Part shown: positions 36,029 through 45,065 of the stretch, one piece after another | Layout: each line of letters opens with the position of its first letter | Numbering within the stretch: position 1 is the stretch's first letter | Source of the DNA: Flavobacterium sp. | GTDB taxonomy: Bacteria; Bacteroidota; Bacteroidia; Flavobacteriales; Flavobacteriaceae | DNA: 64,000 nucleotides | Reading direction: 5' to 3' | Assembly (NCBI GenBank): GCA_036399435.1 | Contig: DASWND010000162.1 | Coordinates: forward strand, 6,280-70,279 | Made by a program: the position numbers and the translations under genes | Notes under the pieces: generated by a model | Seen by the model: only the letters and a program-made list of their open reading frames with translations | What the model was told of the DNA's origin: nothing | Databases searched by the model: none

Positions 36029-36436
36029 ATGAACAGAAGTCGGTTGTATGCTATCTTGGGCTTTGTCTGCATCGTCGCATATGGCTATATAATTTATGCT
36101 GTCAAGAAAGGGCATACAGAAAGCACATTCACACCGTGCTTTATTAAAAATGTGACCGGAATTGCGTGTCCTTCATGCGGAACAACCAGAGCAGTGATTA
36201 TGCTGCTTCAGGGCAATTTTCGCCAATCTATTACGCTCAACCCGTTTGGATTACTTTCGGCATTTTTGCTGATCGTTATTCCGATCTGGCTCATATTAGA
36301 TTTAGTAACAACAAAAGCTAGCTTATACAACTTTTTTAAGGCCAGTGAAAAGTTTGTCCGCAACAGATACGTTGCGGCTATCCTGATAACGCTGGTTGCT
36401 GCCAACTGGATCTGGAACATACAAAAGAACCTATGA
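36029..36436 (+). CDS. DUF2752 domain membrane protein
   Basis: 135 aa with the CPSCGTTRA motif between TM helices. Its start abuts the upstream stop (TAGATG). Confidence 0.75.
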   Translation: MNRSRLYAILGFVCIVAYGYIIYAVKKGHTESTFTPCFIKNVTGIACPSCGTTRAVIMLLQGNFRQSITLNPFGLLSAFLLIVIPIWLILDLVTTKASLYNFFKASEKFVRNRYVAAILITLVAANWIWNIQKNL

Positions 36437-36864
36437 TTACAAAAAGTGAATTTCTATATAAACCGGGTGAACATGAAGCAGAGAAAGCTTCGAACAGTTA
36501 CCTGATGTCGCTCGTTGCATTGGTCGGTGGACTTCCATTGCCGATCATTAACTTGTTTGCCACATTTTTCTTCTATCTGGCAAATCGCAAAGGAACATAT
36601 TTTGTCAGATGGCATTGCACGCAGGCACTTTATTCACAACTTGTGCTGCTATGCTTTAACAGCGTCGCATTTTGGTGGACAGTATCAATTATCTTCAGCG
36701 ACGAGAACTTGAGCAACGAATATTTTGCCTACTTTTTTACGGTGCTTCTACTGAACATACTTGAGTTTATCTCAACTATTTACGCAGCAGTAACCACGAG
36801 AAAACGCAAGCATGTAGAAATATGGTTCTTCGGAACGTTAACAAATATAACCTGCAAACCTTAA
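36433..36864 (+). CDS. DUF4870-like membrane protein
   Basis: 143 aa with 3-4 TM segments. The pattern NSYLMSLVALVGGLPLPIINLFATFFFYLANRKGTYFVRWHCTQAL resembles DUF4870. It has an ATGA overlap with the upstream gene. Confidence 0.5.
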   Translation: MITKSEFLYKPGEHEAEKASNSYLMSLVALVGGLPLPIINLFATFFFYLANRKGTYFVRWHCTQALYSQLVLLCFNSVAFWWTVSIIFSDENLSNEYFAYFFTVLLLNILEFISTIYAAVTTRKRKHVEIWFFGTLTNITCKP

Positions 36865-36865
36865 G

Positions 36866-37657
36866 ATGAAAAAAGCATTAATACAAGGTTTAAGCCTTTT
36901 AGCAGTGGTAGGAGCAGTCTGGCTTGGATTGTCGCAAATCGATTTTATGCGTGTGTTCAAAGTTAATCACCGAACAGAATCCACCGAAGACAAATTAGGA
37001 GATCTCTTCTGGAAAAACATACGCAACAGCGAAACCGTCATCACCAACGATTCGGTTAACAAATACGTTCAGAGAATTGTGGATCGAATCGGCGAAAAGA
37101 ATGGCTTCGATACCGAAAACATCAAGCTCCACATCATTCAAAAAGATGATCTCAATGCATTTGCTATGCCGGGCGATCACATGATCGTGTTCTCCGGATT
37201 GATAACTGAATGCACCACCGAATCTGAACTTGCGGGAGTTATTGGTCATGAAATGGCACATATCAAAAACAGGCACGTGATGAAAAAGCTCGTCAAAGAA
37301 CTTGGTCTGACAGTACTTCTATCAATGACTACAGGCGGAAGCGGCGAAACAATTCAGGAGGCAGCAAGAATACTTTCATCATCCGCATACGACCGCAGCA
37401 TGGAAACTGAAGCCGATTTTGCATCAGTCGATTACATGATCGAAGCTGATATTAATCCGGCGCCTTTTGCCGACTTTCTATATAAAATGTCTGCAGGAGG
37501 TGAAATGCCGTCAGAAATGTACTGGATCAGCACGCATCCGGAATCTCAGGAAAGGGCAGAAGCCATTGTTGAGTATATCAGTGACCGCAAATTCGAAACA
37601 AAGCCAATCCTGACAAAAGTTGAATGGGAATATTTGCAAAAAGAAGCCGCAGAATAA
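36866..37657 (+). CDS. M48-family zinc metallopeptidase (secreted or membrane-anchored)
   Basis: 263 aa with an N-terminal hydrophobic anchor, an HEMAHIKNRH (HExxH) motif and a downstream third-ligand region ETEAD. Confidence 0.85.
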   Translation: MKKALIQGLSLLAVVGAVWLGLSQIDFMRVFKVNHRTESTEDKLGDLFWKNIRNSETVITNDSVNKYVQRIVDRIGEKNGFDTENIKLHIIQKDDLNAFAMPGDHMIVFSGLITECTTESELAGVIGHEMAHIKNRHVMKKLVKELGLTVLLSMTTGGSGETIQEAARILSSSAYDRSMETEADFASVDYMIEADINPAPFADFLYKMSAGGEMPSEMYWISTHPESQERAEAIVEYISDRKFETKPILTKVEWEYLQKEAAE

Positions 37658-37658
37658 C

Positions 37659-39467
37659 CTAGTGAAGTTCGCCTCTTTCAGCTAACTTCCGCTCAAGTTC
37701 CGCCTGAAATTCTTCCATGACAGGCTTCATTGTGCTTTCCGGAATATCTGCAATGGTGATATACATAAGCCCATCGACCGAATTATTAAACAATGGGTCG
37801 ACATTAAAAGCAACAACTTTTGCGTTCTGCTTGATGTATTTTTTGATCAGCACAGGAAGTCGTAGCGTTCCAGGCTCTAGCTCATCAATGATCTTATCAA
37901 ACTTGTTCAGATCAGATTCGGCTTCATTAAAAACAAAATCCTTATCGGCATCCTTTAACTTGACCTTGTATTCGCGTTTCGGCGTGATATACTGAGCAAT
38001 ATATGGATCATAATAATGAGACTTCATAAACTCGATCATCAGCGATTTTGAAAAGCCCGAAAACTGGTTGCTGATGCTCACGCCGCCGATCAAAAACTTG
38101 TGGCTGGGATATCTCAGCGTCGTGTGAACAATTCCTTTCCATAACAAAAACAGCGGCATTGGCTTTTGCTGGTATGCTTTTGAAATGAATGCGCGCCCCA
38201 TTTCAATCGACTTCGACATCATATCAAAAAGCTCCGGTTCAAACTTGAACAGCTCATGTAGATAAAAGCCTTCAATTCCATATTTAGGAAAAATTTCTTC
38301 ACCTAAACCCATTCGGTATGCGCCCGCAACTTGCTGCGCTTCGTCATCCCACAAAAACATATGGCGATAGTACTTATCGAATTTGTCAATGTCAATCGAC
38401 TTGTTCGTGCCTTCGCCAACTTCCCTGAAAGTCACTTCGCGCAATCGGCCGATCTCATGGAGCAGGTTCGGAATTTTATGCGCTTCAGCAAAAAACACCT
38501 CATAATTTTTGCTCTGCAGTAATCGGCAGTCGGTATTCCGAAGTGCTTCAACTTCACGGACCATTTTTTCCTGATTTGCCGGCGTCGCGATCTTCTTTGG
38601 ACTACGCGGAATCTTGATGTTCGGATTCTGAAGAAAAGAACCTTCCCGCTCAAACGGATTCGCCAGCATATAAGTTTTCTTTCGAAGAAATGCCGAATAT
38701 TCCTGAACAGTCAAATGTTCATTTTGCTCCGTCACAGAAATCGGTTTACCAATTCGAACTTTAATCACGCGATCTTTTTGCGAGAACAATTCAGAAGGTA
38801 ATTTTGCCGTTCGCAGCGTGTCATCAATCTTGGAAAGGAAGTAGAATAACCTGCTGTTTTTCGCATGAAAATAAATCGGAACAACCGGAACTTGTGCCTT
38901 GCGAATAACCTTGATCGCACCTTCTTCCCAGCCTTTGTCGACAACAAGTTTGCCGTCGCTGTATGTTGAAACTTCGCCCGCGGGAAACATTCCCAATGGT
39001 TTGCCATCGCTTAAATGACGTAGTGTTTCCTTAATTCCGACAACACTTGATTTTGCGTCTTTGTGATTTTCGAACGGATTGACAGGCATAATATACGGCT
39101 TCAACGGTTCGATACGATGAAGAAGAAAATTTGCGATAATTTTGAAGTTGGGTTCGCGCTCCAGCATTAACTTTAAAAGCAGGATTCCGTCAATGCCACC
39201 TAGCGGGTGATTAGAGATTGTAATATAAGCGCCCTCTTTTGGCAGCCGCTTGAAATCTTCTTCCGGAACATCAAATTTGATCTGCAGTTCATCCAAGATC
39301 GAATTTAAAAAAGTCACATCCGAAAGATGTTTATTGCGGTCGTAGATGTCATTGAGCTGGGAGATCTTTAAGACCTTCATCAGCAACCAACCTGAAAATG
39401 TTCCCAACAAACCGTAACGATCGGTTTTTATTGCTTTTGCAACTTCTTTGGCGGTTACTAAACCCAT
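37659..39467 (-). CDS. Two-domain acyltransferase, OlsF-like (PlsC-type O-acyltransferase plus OlsB/GNAT-type N-acyltransferase); putative aminolipid synthase
   Basis: 602 aa. The N-terminal half has the acyltransferase motif ISNHPLGGIDG and FPAGEVS. The C-terminal half has an OlsB-like pattern (REVTFREVGEGT..DIDKFDKYYRHMFLWD..VAGAYRMG). Confidence 0.65.
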   Translation of the reverse strand: MGLVTAKEVAKAIKTDRYGLLGTFSGWLLMKVLKISQLNDIYDRNKHLSDVTFLNSILDELQIKFDVPEEDFKRLPKEGAYITISNHPLGGIDGILLLKLMLEREPNFKIIANFLLHRIEPLKPYIMPVNPFENHKDAKSSVVGIKETLRHLSDGKPLGMFPAGEVSTYSDGKLVVDKGWEEGAIKVIRKAQVPVVPIYFHAKNSRLFYFLSKIDDTLRTAKLPSELFSQKDRVIKVRIGKPISVTEQNEHLTVQEYSAFLRKKTYMLANPFEREGSFLQNPNIKIPRSPKKIATPANQEKMVREVEALRNTDCRLLQSKNYEVFFAEAHKIPNLLHEIGRLREVTFREVGEGTNKSIDIDKFDKYYRHMFLWDDEAQQVAGAYRMGLGEEIFPKYGIEGFYLHELFKFEPELFDMMSKSIEMGRAFISKAYQQKPMPLFLLWKGIVHTTLRYPSHKFLIGGVSISNQFSGFSKSLMIEFMKSHYYDPYIAQYITPKREYKVKLKDADKDFVFNEAESDLNKFDKIIDELEPGTLRLPVLIKKYIKQNAKVVAFNVDPLFNNSVDGLMYITIADIPESTMKPVMEEFQAELERKLAERGELH

Positions 39468-39494
39468 TTATTTGTTTTGATTTGAGAACGAAAA

Positions 39495-39502
39495 CAAAGA
39501 TA
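39495..39502 (-). promoter_or_regulatory. Bacteroidota -7 box (TATCTTTG) for the OlsF-like gene
   Basis: Exact TAnnTTTG match on the minus strand, 28 nt upstream of the ATG at 39467. Confidence 0.45.
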
Positions 39503-39565
39503 GATAAAAACTCTTTTTAACCGCTATGGCAGTTTTTTTTATTCCTTTTCCCATTGCTTTTTTAC

Positions 39566-39573
39566 TACTTTTG
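39566..39573 (+). promoter_or_regulatory. Bacteroidota -7 box (TACTTTTG) for xth
   Basis: Exact TAnnTTTG match, 22 nt upstream of the ATG at 39595. Confidence 0.45.
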
Positions 39574-39594
39574 GCGCAGTAATCCCAGCTGTTA

Positions 39595-40368
39595 ATGAAG
39601 ATCATTTCCTATAATGTTAACGGAATTCGCGCAGCCATCAATAAAGGCTTTTTCACCTGGCTGGCGACCGTCGATCCCGATGTGGTATGTCTGCAGGAAA
39701 TAAAAGCAACGCCCGAGCAGCTGCCGCTCGATGAGTTTGAAAAAGCCGGTTATCCATATAACTTCTGGTTTCCCGCCGGAAAGAAAGGTTACAGCGGCGT
39801 AGCGATTTTGTCAAAGAAAAAACCTGATCATGTAGAATATGGAACCGGAATCGAGCACATGGACTTCGAAGGCAGAAACATTCGTGCTGATTTCGGCGAT
39901 TTATCGATCATGAGCTTTTACATGCCTTCAGGAACAAATACTATCCGGATTCCGCACAAATACATGTATATGGATGATTTCCATAATTACATCAACGAGC
40001 TTCGAAACCAACGTCCAAACCTGATCATCTGCGGCGATTACAATATCTGCCATCAGGCGATCGATATTCATGATCCTGTTCGTTGCGCCCGTATCTCCGG
40101 ATTTCTTCCGCAGGAGCGAAAATGGCTTGAAATATTTCTTGAGAACGGGTTCATTGACAGCTTCCGTCACTTTAACAAAGAAGGCGGTCACTATACATGG
40201 TGGAGCAACTTTGCCAATTCCCGCGAAAACAATAAAGGATGGAGGCTTGATTATGCATTGGTTTCAAAGCCGCTTGAAAGCAGATTGAAACGTTCGGTGA
40301 TCTTAAAGGAAGCACGCCATTCAGACCACTGTCCGATTCTGGTCGAAATTGATGAAGATGAAAATTAG
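39595..40368 (+). CDS. xth: Exodeoxyribonuclease III
   Basis: 257 aa. Motifs MKIISYNVNGIRA, CLQEIK and SDHCPI at the C-terminus. Confidence 0.93.
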   Translation: MKIISYNVNGIRAAINKGFFTWLATVDPDVVCLQEIKATPEQLPLDEFEKAGYPYNFWFPAGKKGYSGVAILSKKKPDHVEYGTGIEHMDFEGRNIRADFGDLSIMSFYMPSGTNTIRIPHKYMYMDDFHNYINELRNQRPNLIICGDYNICHQAIDIHDPVRCARISGFLPQERKWLEIFLENGFIDSFRHFNKEGGHYTWWSNFANSRENNKGWRLDYALVSKPLESRLKRSVILKEARHSDHCPILVEIDEDEN

Positions 40369-40370
40369 AA

Positions 40371-40495
40371 GCTATTCCTGCTGTCCGCTAACACGAGCGG
40401 AGCGAACTGGCGAAGCAATCTTTTTTGCTTCGGCTACACTAAATTGGAAGGACTGTGGGAGGCCGCAAAAAAGGATACCGCTTCCATCAGGGCTA
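40371..40495 (+). repeat. GC-rich palindromic intergenic repeat, copy B (longest)
   Basis: Starts 2 nt after the xth stop. The sequence is gctattcctgctgtccgct...caatctttttt...gactgtgggaggccgcaaaaaaggataccgcttccatcagggcta. It aligns with copies A and C. Confidence 0.65.
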
Positions 40496-40540
40496 AAACA
40501 GTATCGTCCCAGATTAACTATAACTAAATCAACAACACAA

Positions 40541-41500
40541 ATGATCAAAAAATCTATCGCACTTTTCCTTTCAGTTGCCATGATGTCGTCGTGTGTTTCA
40601 AAAAAGGTCTACAACGACCTTGAAACAAAATATTCAAACCTCAAGAAAGAACACCGAAAATTATCCGACGACAATGAGGAATTATCTAAGGTAAACAGTC
40701 AACTTGAAGATGACAACGGAACTCTTGAAACTGAACTTGCACGGGTAACTGCCGAACGTAACAAACTTCAAAGCGATTACGCGGCTTCCGAAAAAAACCT
40801 GAAGACACTGCAATCGTCTTATAAAGCACTTGAAGTCAACAGCGACGAAGCGCTTCAATCAAACATGAAGAAAAATCGCGATCTGCTCGCGCAGCTTGAA
40901 GCAAAAGAGCGCGCACTTGCTGCTGAACAGGCGCGACTGACTAAGCTCAGCAACGACCTATCGGCAAGTTCACAGCGTCTGAATGAGCTCGAAGGTATGA
41001 TGGCAGCCAAAGATGCAAGCATGCGCAAATTGAAAGAAACACTATCGAAAGCTTTAAACAGCTTTGAAGGCAAAGGGCTTACTGTTCAGCAAAAGAACGG
41101 GAAAGTATACGTGTCGATGGAGAACAAGCTGCTATTTAGTTCAGGAAGCTGGGCTGTTGGAACAGAAGGCCGCCGCGCTGTTGTTGAAGTCGGAAAAGTA
41201 CTTGGTGCAAACCCTGATATTTCAGTACTGATCGAAGGCCACACCGACGATGATGCCTACGCAGGTTCAGGCGCCATAACCGACAATTGGGATCTCTCAA
41301 CAAAAAGAGCGACTGCAATAGTTAACATCTTAGGCGAAAACAAAAGCATCAACAAACAAAATCTAACTGCTGCCGGGCGAAGCGAATATGCTCCATTGGC
41401 AAGTAATAATTCGGCGGAAGGCAAAGCCAAAAACCGTCGTATCGAGATCATCCTTACTCCAAAACTGGATGAGATTTCGAAAATGCTGAACGAGCTGTAA
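40541..41500 (+). CDS. OmpA-family lipoprotein with coiled-coil N-domain
   Basis: I chose the ATG at 40541, giving MIKKSIALFLSVAMMSSC (lipobox). It has a long heptad coiled coil and a C-terminal OmpA domain (GHTDDDAY...NRRIEIILTP). The 64-codon upstream extension in the ORF track is encoded by repeat copy B. Confidence 0.85.
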   Translation: MIKKSIALFLSVAMMSSCVSKKVYNDLETKYSNLKKEHRKLSDDNEELSKVNSQLEDDNGTLETELARVTAERNKLQSDYAASEKNLKTLQSSYKALEVNSDEALQSNMKKNRDLLAQLEAKERALAAEQARLTKLSNDLSASSQRLNELEGMMAAKDASMRKLKETLSKALNSFEGKGLTVQQKNGKVYVSMENKLLFSSGSWAVGTEGRRAVVEVGKVLGANPDISVLIEGHTDDDAYAGSGAITDNWDLSTKRATAIVNILGENKSINKQNLTAAGRSEYAPLASNNSAEGKAKNRRIEIILTPKLDEISKMLNEL

Positions 41501-41520
41501 CTACAGATTCTGGACAAAAA

Positions 41521-41560
41521 AAAGGTTCAAAATCGGGAAAAATCCTGACTTTGAACCTTT
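41521..41560. terminator. Bidirectional rho-independent terminator between convergent genes
   Basis: aaaggttcaaa-(18 nt)-tttgaaccttt, an 11-bp stem flanked by an A-run and a T-run. Confidence 0.7.
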
Positions 41561-41577
41561 TTAATTTATGAAGATTA

Positions 41578-42954
41578 TTATTTAATCATCAGTCGTGAGC
41601 TGTACTTAGCACCAGTTGTGTCTTCCACAGAGATGATATATAATCCACTTGAGAGGATTGAAGTTTGAATAGTATTCACTTCAACATCGTTTAAATCCTG
41701 ATCAAGAAGCCTTTTTCCTGAAAGATCATATAATGAAAAATGCTTCAATTGCTTTTGTGAACTATTTTTAATGTTGACTTCGCCGCGGGCTGGATTAGGA
41801 TAAACTGCAAAACCTGCCTGAGCCATTTCTGAATTTCCCAGCGAAACATCAATTATACGATAGAGAATTCCTGTGCTTCCGATAACATATAATTCTCCTA
41901 CGATGTCTTCACCAAAAGTTGTAATGTTATCAATTCCTGAAAGTTCATCAGTATAGGCCACATCTCCTTCTGAATCTAAAACGCCGATTTTAGGTACGCA
42001 AAAATCTGAGAAAAGATATTTTCCCTGCAAGTTCGGGTATAAGACACCTGTATACTCATAGCCGCCCGTAATAGAACATCCGCCGGTTGCAGAATGTGTG
42101 TAAGATTCTGTTGGCATTGTAAGCGTGCTGGCACTTGGGCAACCCGATGTATTAAAGGGTTCGTTACCTTCATAACATCTCCATCCAAAGTTTAGTCCTG
42201 GAGTAAGCGGATTTTCGATATGATTTATTTCTTCAACTTCGTTTTGACCAACGTCTGCAATCCATAAGTCACCATTTAGTCTGTTGAATGAAAATTTCCA
42301 TGGATTCCGCAAGCCTATAGCCCAGATCTCATCATTGCCTTCAATGCCAACAAACGGATTTGTATCCGGATTGGTATAAGTATCAGTATTATCAACATTG
42401 ATACGAAGCATTTTTCCAAGATTGTTGCTGATGTTTTGTGCGCGGTTACCCGGATCTCCGCCGCTTCCGCCATCACCCATTCCGATGTAAAGGTATCCAT
42501 CGGGGCCAAATTTAATTGTTCCACCATTGTGGTTTGAAAATGGCTGGCCAATTTCCATCAAAATCGTCGCACTTGATGCATCAGCAATATTCGGGTTATC
42601 ACTTACTTGATATCTCGCAATGACTGTCGCTCCATCACCGGCACGAGTATAGTTCACATAAAACTCTCCGTTTTCAGCATAATCCGGATGGAAAGCTAAA
42701 CCAAGAAGACCACGCTCGCCGCCCGTTGATATCGTTGAAGTTGTAAGTGTCAGGAAATTTGTAGGATTAACTGAACCATCAGGATTTACAATTTTAATTG
42801 CGCCCGTTTGCTGAACAACGAAAAGACGTTCGTCGCCAGCATTTGTAATTTCTACAGCATTCGAAAATCCGGATGCCATTGCTAAAATTTCTAATTCCTG
42901 TGCCTGAGCTGAAACCATCAGCAATAAGCCAAGGAGCAATGTAATTTTTTTCAT
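41578..42954 (-). CDS. PQQ-dependent sugar dehydrogenase (soluble glucose/sorbosone dehydrogenase-like) with T9SS C-terminal sorting domain
   Basis: 458 aa with a signal peptide. Motifs GLLGLAFHPDY, FSNHNGG and GLRNPW. The tail is VYPNPARGEVNI...GLYIISVEDTTGAKYSSRLMIK. Confidence 0.85.
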   Translation of the reverse strand: MKKITLLLGLLLMVSAQAQELEILAMASGFSNAVEITNAGDERLFVVQQTGAIKIVNPDGSVNPTNFLTLTTSTISTGGERGLLGLAFHPDYAENGEFYVNYTRAGDGATVIARYQVSDNPNIADASSATILMEIGQPFSNHNGGTIKFGPDGYLYIGMGDGGSGGDPGNRAQNISNNLGKMLRINVDNTDTYTNPDTNPFVGIEGNDEIWAIGLRNPWKFSFNRLNGDLWIADVGQNEVEEINHIENPLTPGLNFGWRCYEGNEPFNTSGCPSASTLTMPTESYTHSATGGCSITGGYEYTGVLYPNLQGKYLFSDFCVPKIGVLDSEGDVAYTDELSGIDNITTFGEDIVGELYVIGSTGILYRIIDVSLGNSEMAQAGFAVYPNPARGEVNIKNSSQKQLKHFSLYDLSGKRLLDQDLNDVEVNTIQTSILSSGLYIISVEDTTGAKYSSRLMIK

Positions 42955-43049
42955 AAGTAATAGAATAAAGTTAGTGTAGTAAATTTAATAAAATTCAAGT
43001 GATAATTTGCTTTCTTGCTGAAAATTAAATGCTTACAATCAGAAGGTTG

Positions 43050-45032
43050 TCAGAAGTCAAATTCGCTCATCAATGTGTCAGGAACAATAATTTCCTCAAC
43101 CGGATCAGTTTTGATATATGACCTTGCAGGACCCGAAATAAGAAGTCTCTTTAGCTGATACAAAGTATCTTGTGTAGAAATTAATCCTCGTTGAAACATA
43201 AGTCTGGTCAGCCTGTCCTGGTGATAAGTGATTCCGCGCTTCAAGTTACCTTCTCTGTTGAACTGCCACATAAATTTCTTCGGACTCGGAATAATCGATG
43301 CCAGGAACAATGACTCGCGCAGTGATAATTCAGACGGATGTTTCGAGAAGTAAAATCTCGCGGCTTCACCGACTCCATATACATTCGGACCCCATTCAAT
43401 GATATTAAAATAGACTTCCAGCATTCTCGATTTGCTGGCGATCCTGTTGTTCTCCAATACAAAAACTAATAATATCTCCTCAAGTTTCCGCGAAAGCGTC
43501 TTCTCGCGGGTCAGAAAAACGTTCTTGACCAATTGCATGCTAATCGTGCTGGCTCCGCGAGTGAATTTTTTTGTTTTTAAATTGCTGATGATCGACTGCT
43601 TAAAAGCTTCGGCAATAAAACCCTTGTGCCTGTAAAACGATGGGTCTTCAGATGTCAATACCGCATGTTTCAGGTAAGGTGAAATTTGATCAAGCGGCGT
43701 ATAATTTGGATTTGAAGAACCTACCGTCACGGCACGCTGAGGTCTTCCGTTTTCAATGGCTCTATAAACAAATTGCTGGTTAAGCTTATTAAGATCGGCT
43801 TCCCCATATCTAATAATTTTTAAATCTTTCTTTTGAAGATTGCTATCGAAAATCAGCGCTCGGGGTTTATTTTTATTGTACATGAAGTTGAGCTGATAAC
43901 CAAAGCTTCCTTCGGCGACCATACCTTCAAAATGCGTAAATAGTCCACCGGGCAGCGAATTAATAAAATGCTGCGCTTTCATCGAAGGAATATCAATTTT
44001 GAGCTTGTAAACAGTGTCTTTTTCTACATTGTACTCAGCAAAAGGGTGAAATTTTATCTGGTTGAGCTGCGCTGTCGATGAACTATCGACCCGAATGAAG
44101 TCAGGGCCAAACAGCAGATTATAATCAAATTGCGCTTTTTTAATGATGACATCCTTACTGGCAATTTTCGGATTATTCACCAGTAGGTTGCTGATCGACG
44201 CGAAACCATCAACATGTAATTCATCGCCATCCATATCGAGGTTTGTGAGCTTAACCCTGATCGAATCAAATTCAGATCTTAAATTATATCGCGCTTCAAT
44301 ATACGGAACGCGTATCGCCCCAGAATCAATGCTAAAAACCTTAAGATCTGCCTTTCTCCGGCGCGGATCTGCTTGGCCCTGGATTCGCCAACGCTGTCTA
44401 AAAGTGTCCGTGCTGACCTCGATCGAACTGTCGAGGTTTTTATTGTCAAGATGCATCGACGTAAAATGCACCTTAGCCGTTTTTCCATTGTCATTGACAC
44501 TAAAGGAAAGATCCTCGAGCTTCATATCGGTGGGAACTAGTTTAAGTACTTTTGTCAGCAGGTTATAAGTGGTTTTTGCGTAGTTCTTCCGCTCTTTAGC
44601 TTTAGATTGAAGTGAATCGGCATCTTTTTTCAGAAACGCCTCATAATTGCTGGTTTTCCCGTTGCGTACAAGATTAACATATCCATTTTTGACATGTAAT
44701 CCTTCAATCTGAAGCTGTCCGAACATAAGTTGAAGCAGGCTGACTTCAGTTCGCATCTGCCTCACTCGAAACAAGGTATCTTTATTATACGGCGCAAGGA
44801 AAACGTCTTCCATCTGCACTGCACTTATTCCCGCGAAAGAAGCTGATTTTACCGAGAAGTGACTATCGTAGTCTGTCCTCATTTTCTCTGAAATTCTAGC
44901 CAGGCCTTTTTCAAGAATGACATTCCGGAAAGAGAAGTATGCTATTGCGAGAAGCAGCGCTAGTATGCCTGCTGCTTTTGCTGAACGGATTGCGATTTTT
45001 TTAATTTTTTTCCTCGTTGAAGGCTTGACCAC
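43050..45032 (-). CDS. Membrane-anchored protein with large N-terminal AsmA/TamB-like region and C-terminal GT51 peptidoglycan glycosyltransferase domain
   Basis: 660 aa with an N-terminal TM anchor. GT51 motifs are LTSEDPSFYRHKGF, GASTISMQLVKN and RKLEE near the C-terminus. No transpeptidase domain is present. Confidence 0.75.
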   Translation of the reverse strand: MVKPSTRKKIKKIAIRSAKAAGILALLLAIAYFSFRNVILEKGLARISEKMRTDYDSHFSVKSASFAGISAVQMEDVFLAPYNKDTLFRVRQMRTEVSLLQLMFGQLQIEGLHVKNGYVNLVRNGKTSNYEAFLKKDADSLQSKAKERKNYAKTTYNLLTKVLKLVPTDMKLEDLSFSVNDNGKTAKVHFTSMHLDNKNLDSSIEVSTDTFRQRWRIQGQADPRRRKADLKVFSIDSGAIRVPYIEARYNLRSEFDSIRVKLTNLDMDGDELHVDGFASISNLLVNNPKIASKDVIIKKAQFDYNLLFGPDFIRVDSSSTAQLNQIKFHPFAEYNVEKDTVYKLKIDIPSMKAQHFINSLPGGLFTHFEGMVAEGSFGYQLNFMYNKNKPRALIFDSNLQKKDLKIIRYGEADLNKLNQQFVYRAIENGRPQRAVTVGSSNPNYTPLDQISPYLKHAVLTSEDPSFYRHKGFIAEAFKQSIISNLKTKKFTRGASTISMQLVKNVFLTREKTLSRKLEEILLVFVLENNRIASKSRMLEVYFNIIEWGPNVYGVGEAARFYFSKHPSELSLRESLFLASIIPSPKKFMWQFNREGNLKRGITYHQDRLTRLMFQRGLISTQDTLYQLKRLLISGPARSYIKTDPVEEIIVPDTLMSEFDF

Positions 45033-45065
45033 TTTTTACTTTTTCATAAAAATACGAAATTCAAA

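Noticed and set aside
40349-40540. A 64-codon N-terminal extension of the OmpA-like gene (track start 40349).
   Set aside because: The extension is encoded by intergenic repeat copy B and overlaps the xth stop. An ATG at 40541 gives a clean lipoprotein signal peptide.
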